Shown here: positions 1 through 11,812 of the stretch, piece by piece
How the letters are laid out: each line of letters opens with the position of its first letter
Numbering within the stretch: position 1 is the stretch's first letter
From: Octopus sinensis
Lineage: Eukaryota
Reading direction: 5' to 3'
Length of the DNA: 64,000 nt
Assembly (NCBI RefSeq): GCF_006345805.1
Contig: NC_042998.1
Coordinates: forward strand, 175,088,001-175,152,000
The notes under the pieces: generated by a model
Told to the model about the DNA's origin: nothing
Seen by the model: the letters and a program-made list of their open reading frames with translations, nothing else
Database searches by the model: none
Program-made: the position numbers and the translations under genes

Positions 1-182
1 AAAAAATTCAACATAATCACTAGGATTTATAAGTACACTCCTAAACAAGATGAAAGCATTAAATTATCTATTGCTAGGTCTTTGGATTACAGCCAAATGT
101 TCAGTCAGATCCCCTTTTTGATCAGGGATTAGCAGGAATATAGTTATAACATCAAGGAGCCATAAGTTAGTTCTACTGTACC

Positions 183-2700
183 TTATAGAATCACAATTAG
201 CCAAATAGATAATGGGGAGAAAATCACTTGCTGAAAGTCAATGATTTGTGTTGTTACTATATTGTCTTCATACACAACTCTGTTAACTCTTCCTAGCTCA
301 TTCAGCTTAGCTGTTAATAGATGTTGTTGATAGGTACTCATCACTATGAAGATTATGTCTCTGTGCATAATTGTTGGCTTACAGTAGGACTGAGAGAAAA
401 CAACATGAAGTTGCTATATAGTATTCAACCTCAGACTATTCTGAAATTTTCTTGATCATTTTTACCTTTGGATCTGAGTTCTTGCTCTAATTATGAGATG
501 CTACAAGTGGCTAGTGCATCCCTGTCCATCTTATGTTAAACTCATTAACAATGGATAGGAAAAGCAGAAGGTGTGAAGTACCTGATTCCAGAACCTCCAA
601 GACTAGTTGGAAGTAAAAGTAGATGTTATTCTCAGACTAGCTGCAACAAAAAGGACTCTGCTAAAGTCACCCAAGGGCCAGGTGAAAATGTTAAACTGGA
701 TGACAGTTAAAACTAGTGAATTATAATAACTGATGATGCCTATGCTTGCTAGGAAGGGTATCTTTGTGAAACATACTGTTGGTTACTCTCTCCATGTATC
801 TAAAAACACTTCTATCCTGACTTCTCTGATAACTGTTCTAGCATAGGCAGTATCTACACTGCTATTCCAAACATTTCTTTCACAAGGGAAGACATCTTTC
901 TATCATTCAATAATTAGTATCTTTGGTTTTGAACAGTATTTCTTAACCCTTTCGTTACTATATTTCTGACCAAAATACACCCCTCATGAGTTTCAATTAA
1001 ATTCTAAAATAATCATGAATCTAGGCTTGTTTCATTAAATAACTGTAACTTTTTTACTTATCAACATATTAATGTGATATTTGGAACATAATTAAAGAAA
1101 GGGTTCTTAATCAATTCTATTGCATAACTTTTGTCTCAAAGTGACTTTAATTACAGGTAAATCCAGGTAAATTGAGCAAAAGGTAAAAATATTAAAATTT
1201 TGTTTAAACATCTCCATAGAAAATGAATCATCAGCTAATATCCAAATGGGTACGCAACAAAATTTTGAAAAAGAAGAATTGTGCACATCACTATATCATC
1301 AGTTGAATTTAATGCACAACAGGTGTACCATAAAGGTGGAATAAAGTGAAATACTGGAATCCACCGCAAGTTTGACCGAACTAAAGAAATCGGTCAAAAA
1401 ATAATATACGGCCCTGGTTATGGTATGGAAGTGATAAATTCCAGACCACATCGTTCCCTAGGCCATGCTGACTAACATTATTTTCCCTGTATAAAAACTA
1501 AATCCACGCAGTACCCAGTATTTGCTTCACAAATTTTCTGAAATTTGAACCCCCATTTTGTGTTTGTTTACATTTTGCGTAAGTTTGTTTCTGCATTGAT
1601 CGCTTCAAACAATAACTTCCAGACCACATCATACCCTAAGCCATGCTGACTAACATTAGTTTCCCTGTATAAAAACTAAATCCACAACAGTACCCAGTAT
1701 TTGCTTCACAAATTTTCCAATTCGGAATCAATGCTTGATAACATGAAACTCCAATCCATTTTCAAAGTTGAAGAAAAATCGATGCCGAAAAAAATGTGGA
1801 AAAAAATCTCCCAAAATTCAGGGAATTAAAATTACACGTCGATCGTTGTACAAAACTGTAGATGAACTGTTTACGAAGTATAATCACATGTTTTCACGAA
1901 TGTACTAAAGAGATTTGCTCTGATATTCTCATTTAAATATGAATAGGTAGCTTTGGGCGGTTTGGTCACATTAACCAAAATTTTTTTCGGGCGGTTTGGT
2001 AATGAAAGGGTTAAAGCAGTTTTTGATAAGGTGCTTCAGTGTTGAATAGTAATGTGTATCTGATTATATTCCACTATAACAATAATTTCTTTTATATGAC
2101 AGTCTCTGTCTTCACTGTCCATAGCATTTGACTTACAACCACAATGAGATTAATAGTTTCCTCTGTAAAATTATTTACCTTCCTTCTTACTAGACCTGTA
2201 GTAGTTGAAAGTTTTTTGTTCAGATTTTCATGATAGTATTACACCCTCATGTGACGAAATATCTCTAAATACTTTGTTGATAACTTCATGGTTTCTTATG
2301 ATAGTAATTTGCATGGCTTCATACTACAGCAATACATGTAACTAACTATTCATTTTCTTCCCAAAATGGCTTGGGTACCTTCAAGTAAAAAGTTCAAAAT
2401 TTTGGTAACAATTGACTGAAAAATTCACAAGAAGGTTATTGATACTGGTACCTGAAGTAACTCTGTAAGAATAGAATTCCTTGTATTCTCATCATGAAAG
2501 TAAATTTTATCATGTTTATCTGTTATAAGTTTAAGACCTGTGTCTTTACCAACATCTGCAGGTTCTAGGTCACAGATACCTTCATTAGACAGTAATGATA
2601 ACAACACAATAAGACTTTGCTTCATTTTTGGCAGATATGTTTAGAGAGTTTAAGTATCTAAGTCTTGTAACCATTCTGTGTATAATTCCTTGCTAAGCAG
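183..2700 (-). mobile_element. Decayed Ty1/copia-like LTR retrotransposon gag-protease remnant, interrupted by the piggyBac-type element at 947-2010
   Basis: One minus-strand frame from about 2700 reads LLSKELYTEWLQDLDT*TL*TYLPKMKQSLIVLLSLLSNEGICDLEPADVGKDTGLKLITDKHDKIYFHDE, resembling the gag N-terminus of invertebrate copia-like elements. Near 810-880, VWNSSVDTAYARTV resembles the aspartic-protease (V/L)D(S/T)xCxxTV motif. Many stops and frameshifts; family assignment is from recall. Confidence 0.45.
947..2010. mobile_element. Non-autonomous piggyBac-type DNA transposon, about 1.06 kb
   Basis: TTAA at 943-946 and 2011-2014. TIRs CCCTTTCGTTAC / GTAATGAAAGGG (11/12 match). Internal ~99-bp direct repeat (1439-1537, 1617-1717). 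Subterminal GGGCGGTTTGGT occurs twice. No transposase ORF. Confidence 0.85.
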
Positions 2701-3329
2701 TCAGTAGTTGCTTCACAGAATTTACCATTGAATCCAGATTGTACCATTGCAAGCTGCACTAGTAAAAATATTTGGGTGATAACTGCTACCACTGTAAAGC
2801 TTATTCTGCTCTACACTTCTCAGTGCTTAGTCATTGTAAAACACCTGCTACATTTCCTGCTGCCATCTTAAATACCTATGTGGAAACAAAAGGGAGATAA
2901 ATCACCACATCACTATGACTGTTTCGTTTGAAGTCGTAGGTTCAGTTTGTTGAGAAATTACTGTTGCACAATATTATCTGTTACCATCATCATTTGTCCA
3001 TTTTTCCAGGCTAACATGGGTTGGACAGGTCACACAGTATCTCCTCACTGCCCACCACAGTATTTCTACATCAGGCACACACAGCAATAGAGAAATACCA
3101 GCCAGCTCTACTGTTGTGTCATTAATTAAGCAGGGTCTTTATAACCAGATGCTCTTTCCATCACCAACACTTCACAGCATGAACTGATGTCCTAAAACCA
3201 CCTTAGTTACGCTTGTACATGTGGAGCACTGTTCTTGCCCTGTCAAGCACTTCCCCCACATCTCATCCCCTTACACCCATCACTTCTCTAAGACTTCTGA
3301 AATCACTTGAGAGCAGAATAGGCACATAA

Positions 3330-3720
3330 TAAATCTCTCTCTCTCTCACCTGTATCATTTCCATTTCTCATTGCCTGCCCTAATTCCACCAATCACCTCC
3401 TTCTCTGCCTTCAGCTGTTGCTCTTTTCTGCTACACTCCATTCTTAACACCTCTCTTATCTACTGTCTCTGTCAATGCCTTTTCACACCTACCATCACAC
3501 TCCACTTACCATAGTCCCCCCCCAAAACTCTCCCAAGCCACTCCTATATCTCTTTCCATCACTTATTACATGTACCCCCATCCCCTCTCCACGATCCACT
3601 GTATTTTGAGATACTCCAGCATCCCACCACTACTTCTGGTTTTCCAGCTTTCCAATTATTCAGCTTTGTCTTTCCATCATGCTCAAGCCTCTCAATACCT
3701 AACATAAAACCCTACTCCTC
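3330..3720 (-). mobile_element. Highly decayed RTE-clade LINE APE-endonuclease remnant
   Basis: Minus-strand translation GVHVISDGKRYR..GEFWGDYGKWSVMVGVK..LKAEKEVIGGIRA resembles the RTE ORF2 endonuclease region; stops and frameshifts present. Confidence 0.4.
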
Positions 3721-3859
3721 TCAAATACTACCCCCTCCCTATATAGTTGAGGTGTTTTTCCTTAATTTTCCTCTCCCCACCCACCTTGTTCCTTTCTTTC
3801 TATTTGCATTGCAAGTTGCTTGGCAACTTTGCTTGTGCTGATGGCATGAAAACAGTACT

Positions 3860-4020
3860 CATTACACTGTAAAATGGTTGGCTTTAGAAAGGGCATCCAG
3901 CTGTAGAAACCACACCAAAGCTGACATTGGAGCTTGACATAGCCTATCAGCTCACTGGACCCTTTCAGGCCATCCAACCTATACCAGCATAGAAAACAAA
4001 CATCTGACAATGATGATGAT
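3860..4020 (+). mobile_element. Short 3'-end copy of the RTE LINE (GAT-repeat tail)
   Basis: Matches the end of the 15387-16450 element (aagggcatccagctgtagaa...ccaacc(c/t)atgc(c/t)agcat...gatgatgat). Similar copies lie near 21700, 28770, 30950, 36600, 38030, 55240, 58850, 61725 and 63200. Confidence 0.6.
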
Positions 4021-5428
4021 CAACACCAGACAGGGTGCTCTCAACTCAACTACAGACCCTTTTAAGCTGGATCAGGTTTTATTCAGTTACTACTCTTCTA
4101 AATATTTTTCTCTTGCTCTGATATATTTTTCAATATTGGAGCAAGAGGAGAGAAGAGTACATGTGTGTGCAGTATAGAAGTATTGCTACCTCATGAATCT
4201 CTAAATAATCAGTAATAAAAAAGGATGATAATGAAATTATTCTCTTCTATATCATTAGCATCCTAGGCTGAGCAACTATGTCTCTCCATAACACTACCAT
4301 GCTCATCGTGTGGCAGTAAAAGGATTGTGGGTGTACTGTTGTAAAATGTATGATACAAGAAGATATTGTCACATGGGCTAATCACCATCTAGTATGATTG
4401 TGAGGACAGGAGCATTGGTTATCAGTGTGAACATATTTGAGTGTTGGTCAGATTTGTGTGGTTGTCTCAAGTAGTTTTAGCCAAGAGATTTTTACTAATT
4501 GAATGGTGATGCATCACACACATCTCACTATGTGAGAAAGAAGAAATGATAGATAGGAGAGAGAGATAGTGATGAAAGAAGGACAAACCAAGAGGTGTTA
4601 TAAAATTGAAATGTTTAATTAAAAATTCTTTGCTTGATTCAACCATTTGTCTTCTTGAAGCTTTAACTCCAAATATACATCTTACCAACAAACTCTATCT
4701 TTGTGCACCTTTAATTCAGAGAATTTTGCCTGTCAAAAGATAGCCATGTCATTGAATATTCACATATATATATGCACACAGCTTTCAGAAATACACTTAT
4801 GTAAAACATTCACTAAAGAATGCAAAAACATTCAAGACAATAGGAAATATTTGCTTTTTGAATTTAAATAATTTGTTGTTTTCCCCCACTTCCCCCCCGA
4901 TTTGCTCCCATATTCTCCAAATTTGTTTAAATAGCTTTGTCAATATCCTTGTTAAGATGTTAGGAATCAGCATCTGTGTGTGTTACGAAAATTCTTTTCA
5001 GAAAGTCTTTGAAATTGTATTTCTAAAAATATCAGTGAGCAAAGACATACATGTAGAATTTTTCTTTTTGATTCTTAATTCTGTGATTCCTTCCACAGTC
5101 TGCCTTATTGTGATGAGTGATATAAAATGTTGAAGAATCACATATTACTAACAGATGTTGCACATAGTCTGCTTATTGCAGATGTATTCACTTGACAGTT
5201 AAACTATATCATCATACACTTACACACACTTAAATACATACACACACATATTTCTTTTACACATATCTATATAATGATTATGTGTAATGTGTATTCATAT
5301 GTGTAATGATACGTTTGAAATATTAAACTTTATGGATGTGTAGCTCAAAATATTGAGTATCCTTTTGTTTCAGTAAACTAAAAATAAACTTCTCATATTC
5401 TCTCTCCCTGCCTCTCTCTCTCTCCCTA

Positions 5429-5464
<36 letters not shown>

Positions 5465-8400
5465 ACATCATGCTATACATGCACCTACTTACATGCAACT
5501 ACATAGTTATTTTGTGAGAGAGTCTCTGTGGTTATTTGCAGTAATATAAATTTGAATTCCCCAAACAAACTCCAGATGGAATTTGAAAGAGATTTAACTG
5601 CTATTTTAGCTGATAAAGTGACCACATAGCGGTTTCAATTAAAAGATATTATTACCAGAAACATGGTACAAGAAAGTAAAAAAAAATATCCTGTTTTTGG
5701 TGGCATGGCAGTCCTAATAGTATGTATTATTTTATATCTGAAGAGCATGCTTCAGATGACTATATCTAAAGTATCTTTCAATCAGTTCTAGAAATGGCTA
5801 TTTCCAAGCCACAGATGTACTGAAGCAGACAAAACTGCATAGGATTGATCAATGACAATAAAGTATAATTTTTATCTTATTGTTTAACCAAAGAGTCAAG
5901 AGTAATGTTCATGGCCATTACTTTTCAGGGTTTCCAAGACTGTTAGGAGAAAGGGAGAGATTTACCTTATTGGGGACCTGGCCTGGATGCTTGCAAAAGA
6001 AAGAACTCTGTTAAGGACACCCAAAGAGCAGATGGTGGTGTTAAACTGGTCAGCAGGTTAAAGCTACTTCCAAGAACTCAAAACACAAAGAGCTACCAAA
6101 AAATCACACGGCATTTTGTCCAGTGCTTTAAATATTCTGTGAAGCCATCATGCTAAGCTTGTACTTTATTTTATTGACCCAAAAAGAATGAAGAGCAATG
6201 TCAGCTTTGGTAGGATCTGAAGTCAGAATACAGTAATCTGGAACAAATACTGCAAAACATTTTGTTTTACATTCTCATGGTTCTGCTAATTCTAACTGTT
6301 CCTTAAACATCTAAGAACTTTGAAGGGCTGGTGTTTATATCTAACTCTATGGCGTTCAGGAAATTAGAAAATTGATCATTCTTTGGACAAGATACCAGTT
6401 TATCTCAACAGCATTTCCAAATTTCTAGTAGCTTTTTCTGACTTAAAGGAATGACCGAATCGACATTCGCTTCAAATTTCCTAATGGAATAATATTGCTT
6501 CCCTTCTATTTTGGTTGGAACAGTGCTGCTGTAACACACATAAACATTCTAGACTGCATAAAAATAATAAAAAAAAGAAAAGGCTATTTAGTTGATTGGC
6601 CAGAACTTACTCTAACACTGGTACACTGTCTCCTCACTCTGCTTCTTTTGCTACAACAGCTATTGCTCCTGTGAACTAGCTAGTCGCATACTACTCTACC
6701 CAACATACCCATACTCTTCCCCTCTTATCGACAATGCTATCTTATTTCTTGACTCTCACTTCTCAGATCTCTTTACTAACTTAATAATACTTGCTTTCTT
6801 GAATGTTAATCCTCAGGAATTACTTTCCTGTCCACAATTTTTCCTATAAACATTGACTTACAGATGTCCAAACTAAAACTAAACATCAATAATATCAGTC
6901 TCATCAAAGACCTCCTCAGAGGGTTTTTAAGTATTACATTTTTCTTCTTGATTACATCCTAAAAGAGAAAGACACCATTCATTGGAAACTTACACATAAA
7001 AAAAATTTTTCTTCTCTTTAGCTATTATTACCAATCTTCTGCACTCAGCTGTACCTTCTTTACAAAGCTCTTCTTGTACACTCCCTGCGGCTTGTATTTT
7101 TGTTCCTTCTAACAGCAATTTTTACCTGTCCATAACTAAGCTAATTAAATCTGTGAGAGTTAAGTCGAGCATGAAAACGTCACATGGTACAGTGACAGGA
7201 CACAAGCTTGAAGATAAGATACAAACCATTGATCTTTAGATTGTAATCTGATTGTAATTTTCTCTCATGACACACTGAGACATGTATAAAATTTAATGTA
7301 CTTTCCACAATGCATCACAAAACACTACTAGCAAATTGAACTCAAAGAACATTTAGTTGTTACTCAGTCCAATAAATACCATACCCACTCAGCTATTTCA
7401 TATACAACAATAAAACAACAGCAATATCTTTATTTATACAGTAGACCATCAGAGAAATAGAGCTCTACTTAATGTAACCCAGTGTACTAATGTGATTTCC
7501 TGACCTAGATCCCAGAGGAAGAGAAGTGGTAAAAGTATAGTAGCTATTGTAAGAATGGGGTGGAAGAATTTTAGGGAACTGTTGCTGGTGTGGTTGTTTA
7601 GCCCCAGGTCAAGCCTGTTCGAGAAGACCTGTGGTTAAAGGCATTCCAATCATGTCTTATCTCTTGAGAACAAGTTTTACTCTTCCTTGTGATTTGTGAA
7701 AGGAATATCTATTCATTGTAGAGGGTTCTGTCTGATATAACAAACGAAACCCTTTTGAAGATAATCTTCTACTTCAGTGGTTACGGGTGACTTTGGTATT
7801 CAGAGTGCAAATCAGTTATACTGGACACAACACAACCCCCCTCTCTCCATTGGAAACATTAATGTTAAGGTTTGGTTACATAGTTGGCTTATATACATCC
7901 TTACTTGTTTACAATATTTATTACATATACACATCTGTTAGTTAACCTTGGTTGTACTGTTTTACCACCATCATCATCACTATTATCATCATCCACCATC
8001 ATTGTCATCATTACCGTCATCGTCACCATCCTGTCATTTTAATGTATGTTGTTGTTTAGTTTGAGGTCATCACTAACGTAATAGGTTCGTGATTAAAGGC
8101 ACTCCAGCCATGACTATCCCATCATTTTCTTATGTCACAGAGAACCCAGCACCCTGTTCTCCAACATGACCTTTCCAAGATGTGTGATTTTAAAGAAAGT
8201 TCACTGCTAAGAATATCAAGCACTGTGTCTGTCCATGTGGTGGCTACCTCATTGGTTCATTTAACATAGTTATCTTAGCATAGTTTGGACAAGTGTGAAA
8301 TACACCAACCCATTACTCATCCCTATACTGCAGCGTTTCTCAACTGGGGTTCTCCGGAACTCTAAGGTTCCACAAAAGGTTCCTAGGGTTCTGCAAGAAA

Positions 8401-8572
8401 GAGTGAGATAAGCTAATGCTAATTTTATGATCATAATATTACTATCATGCACAACATATTATTGGTTATTGTAATATTGTAACATAGACATCATCCTATC
8501 TAGTCTATTATGTTATCAAAAATATATAACACCCATTGGGGATATATTTAGTTATGTCTGAAATTTGTTGAC

Positions 8573-8610
<38 letters not shown>

Positions 8611-8613
<3 letters not shown>

Positions 8614-8857
8614 AGGGAAAGTAAGAAGAAAAATAAGCGAATATGCACATTGGAAATAAAAAAAAGTAAAGGCTTTTTATGAAAAGTAACGATGCATATA
8701 TACAATTAGAAGAACTGAGGTAGGAATAAAGGTAATAAAAGTCATTATTGTGAATTGTTAAAGAGATTCAAAGGCATACCGGTTTCGTAAAATTACTAAT
8801 CACCGCTTTGAGTGCGCACCGATATGGTGTCGGGTCTTCTAGTCCCTGAGTAAAAAG

Positions 8858-8858
<1 letters not shown>
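8611..8858 (-). mobile_element. Small PLE-like insert between two (TA)n tracts, containing a hammerhead-like fold
   Basis: Bounded by (TA)n/(TG)n at 8577-8610 and (TA)n at 8859-8890; CpG-rich; contains GAAACCGGTA with HHR topology on the minus strand. Confidence 0.45.
8770..8809 (-). ncRNA. Degenerate type I minimal hammerhead ribozyme fold (core GUGAUUA)
   Basis: Minus strand reads AAAGCG-GTGATTA-GTAA tt TTAC-GAA-ACCGGT-A-TGCCTTT: stem I with one bulge, 4-bp stem II, palindromic stem III, GUA triplet. Confidence 0.5.
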
Positions 8859-8894
<36 letters not shown>

Positions 8895-8895
8895 T

Positions 8896-9187
8896 CAGTC
8901 GTAGGCTGGCCAGGTTGCTAGCCTGCCCAATGGCAAGTGAGCCCCTGTGCCATTAGAATCTATATGTGGGGTATTATGTTAGTATGTAAAGGGACCCATC
9001 CCCTCAAGTTTGAGAATTTTTTACTCACTGCGGCAGAATACATTAATTATTTCAGCCTGGCTGTGTTTGTAGACAGTTGAAAGGAATTCTTTTAACATTA
9101 CAAAAAAATTAAATGATAGCATTGTAGTTGCAGGTGGGCCCCCTCAGTCTCCTGGCAACCAATATTTTTTGACGAAGTCCACTACTG
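8896..9187. mobile_element. hAT-like MITE
   Basis: Imperfect TIRs CAGTCGTAGGCT / AGTCCACTACTG (9/12). 8-bp flanks TATTTATT (8888-8895) and TATATATT (9188-9195) match 7/8. Confidence 0.5.
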
Positions 9188-9196
9188 TATATATTA

Positions 9197-10651
9197 TCTA
9201 TATATCTACTACATATATGGGAAGTTCTGTCTGTGGGTGTGTTTGTTTGCGGAGTTGTCAGCCAACTCCTCCTACATCGTTTTATAGGTTTTGATGAAAC
9301 TTGACACGTGAGTAGAACCCGTGTTTCATGATATAATCAGATTGTTGAAAAAGTCGATAATAGGGCCCCTGGATGGGATCCTTATATATAACTAATATAT
9401 TTTTTTTTAACATCGAAGGGAAGTAACCCATTCATTGTCCTATATTACTTGGTATAAATCAAATTGAGTATGTGTATTTCTTAGTATTTGAACAGTTAGT
9501 TATTTTTGCAATTTATCCAGTACGGCCCTTAAACAAGTAAATAGTATTTTCCTAAACAAAAGATCCACTTATTTTGGTTGGTGACTTATTCACAAATATA
9601 CCATGAATGACAATGCCTTTCATACCACTTCAGCCAATTGACAAGCACTGTATGAAGAACTGTTCTGCTTTTAGACAAATACATTGTCAACACAAAGGTC
9701 ACACACTGTTTACATGTAGGAACACCTTAAAATCTATCTGTACATCTTGAAAATGGTCAGTGTGTATATTTCACAGAAGACAATGCTTGAAACGTAGTTC
9801 TGAATCTACTAGAAACCACTTTGACAGCTTTCTTCAAATTTTGCCAATGTGATCTGCTTGTCCAAACATTGTTGTATGTAGACGTCTCCATGTACTATAC
9901 CTGGGCACACAACAGATGGAACAGATGTAAGCAAGGAACATGCATTGAGGGTTGGGAAGAAGAAGCTGTCTTCAGAAGTCAGGTCATCGGGCAGATGTAC
10001 ACTGCATCCTAATCAGTAAGGAGTGTTTCTTTCTGCATCTACTGCTACACATTGTCAGAGGTCCTGCATCGTTCACAGACTTTCGAAGACACAATGTGAA
10101 GTCTGCAAGACCTATAGAGAAGCCTGCGCCAAACATGGGCTACTGGAGGACAATGCTTACTGGGACCAGACACTGGAGGAAACAGCAGTCAGCAGAGCAC
10201 TAAGTCAACTGCACCAGCTATTTTCTGTTATGTTGATGACATGTGGCTTTCGTGAACCTCACAAGCTTTGGGCGATCCAAAAACCCAGCATGGCAGAGGA
10301 CATCCTACAAAGGATTCAAAGGCAAACCTCAGCGGAAATTGCCACGTTGAGTAACACCAGTTACAATGAGGCATTACTTGACCTGGACACCCGAGTGCAA
10401 GCTATGGAGGTCATGGAAATTCCACATTTTGTTATTACATAATGGACTTCACAATTTGGGTATTCATAACTTATTGGGTATTTCTAAAAACAAGATCCTG
10501 TGTAAGACAGTTCGGTATACTCTGTAAATGCACAAAAACCGTTTTAAGGGCGATACTTTGTTTTGTTGTTATTGAATTAGCGAAGCAATTATGAGAACAG
10601 AACCAAGGGATAATTCCTGCTTTTCCAGGTATTACCAGGTACATCAGCTAG
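9197..10651 (+). mobile_element. Internally deleted Helitron
   Basis: 5' TC after A (9197 or 9205). 3' end ...ccaggtattaccaggtacatcagCTAG followed by T (10648-10652), i.e. an A|T insertion with no TSD. Contains a RepHel coding fragment. Confidence 0.85.
9730..10430 (+). pseudogene. Helitron RepHel fragment (region between Rep and PIF1-like helicase), frameshifted
   Basis: HLENGQCVYFTEDNA..TTLTAFFKFCQ..YYTW..GQMYT / ECFFLHLLLHIVRGPASFTDF / TYREACAKHGLLEDNAYWDQTLEE..QLHQLFSVMLMTC are conserved Helitron motifs spread over three frames. Confidence 0.85.
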
Positions 10652-10683
<32 letters not shown>

Positions 10684-10981
10684 TGACTCTTTTACTTTAG
10701 TCATTTAGTTGAACACATTAAACCCAAGGACCTATTCTTCGTAAGTCTAGTACTTATTCTATCAGTCTCTTTTACCAAGCTGCTAAGTTACGAGGACATA
10801 AACACACCAATATCTGTTGTCAAGTGATAGTGGGGGGACAAACACAGACACATTAGCACACACAGTGTTATATATATATATATATAAATTTGACATGGGT
10901 GATTCTTTCTTGTCTTGGGATTCACAGTCAAACGGCTGGGTGGAACTGTGCGAAAAATTACACAGGTGATGCTGGGCTTTG

Positions 10982-11205
10982 TATTTTTCATAGCTCCCAT
11001 GGTTTCTGAAATACTCTACTATAATAATACTCTCGTGTTTATGAATGAGAAAGGAAGGGGTGATAGATGAATAAGGAAGGAAGGGGTGGTGTCATATTTT
11101 TCATAGCTCCCATGGTTACTGAGATAATATACTATAATAATACTCTTGTGTTTATGAATGAGAAAAGAAGGGGTAATAGATGAATAAGGAAGAGGTGATG
11201 TCATA
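10982..11205. repeat. Two-copy ~113-bp tandem repeat
   Basis: tatttttcatagctcccatggtt...gatgaataaggaag...gtcat occurs twice with several substitutions. Confidence 0.85.
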
Positions 11206-11522
11206 CTTGGTAGTGTATGCTGTAAAAAAAATCAAACAGCGTTTCAACTCTGTGTAAATTTATGAGTATGTATGTAAAAGTGGGGTACATGAATTTGTGT
11301 GTGTGTGCGCGCACGTGCGTGTGCCATGGAAGTGGGATGTTTCCTCTTTGTTTGCTTAGTATTTGGGTTTATTTTTTGATCTTGTTGGAAGATCTATCTG
11401 CTCATGAGTTTTTTGTACATTTGTGTGTTTGTGTCTTCACATATGTTATTGTCATTTTGCAGAACATACATTTTTGTTTATATCATCATCATTGTCATCA
11501 TCCATCATTTAATTTATATATG

Positions 11523-11581
<59 letters not shown>

Positions 11582-11587
<6 letters not shown>

Positions 11588-11812
11588 GAAGTTTAACGCA
11601 GGTATAAATCAAATACTTTTACTTTCAACACATGTTTCGAAGATTTCACTGATACTATTCAAAAGAATAAATGGTATAAAACAATGCAATCTTCTCTTCC
11701 GAGAAGTGAAAAAACGAAACACATCAATAAGATATTTTAGCAAAAAATGATGGTAACTATTTATCTATTTTTCCATGTCAATTGTTAACAAGGCAAAAAT
11801 ACACTCACCTAT
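11582..11812 (-). mobile_element. Small PLE-like insert in (TA)n with a degenerate hammerhead-like fold (11621-11708)
   Basis: Flanked by (TA)n on both sides. Minus strand reads CGGAAGA-gaagatt...aatcttc-GAAACATGTGTT-gaaagt. Confidence 0.35.

Noticed and set aside
8327-8400. CAGCGTTTCTCAAC, a hAT-like left end
   Set aside because: No matching right TIR or TSD found; a fragment at best.
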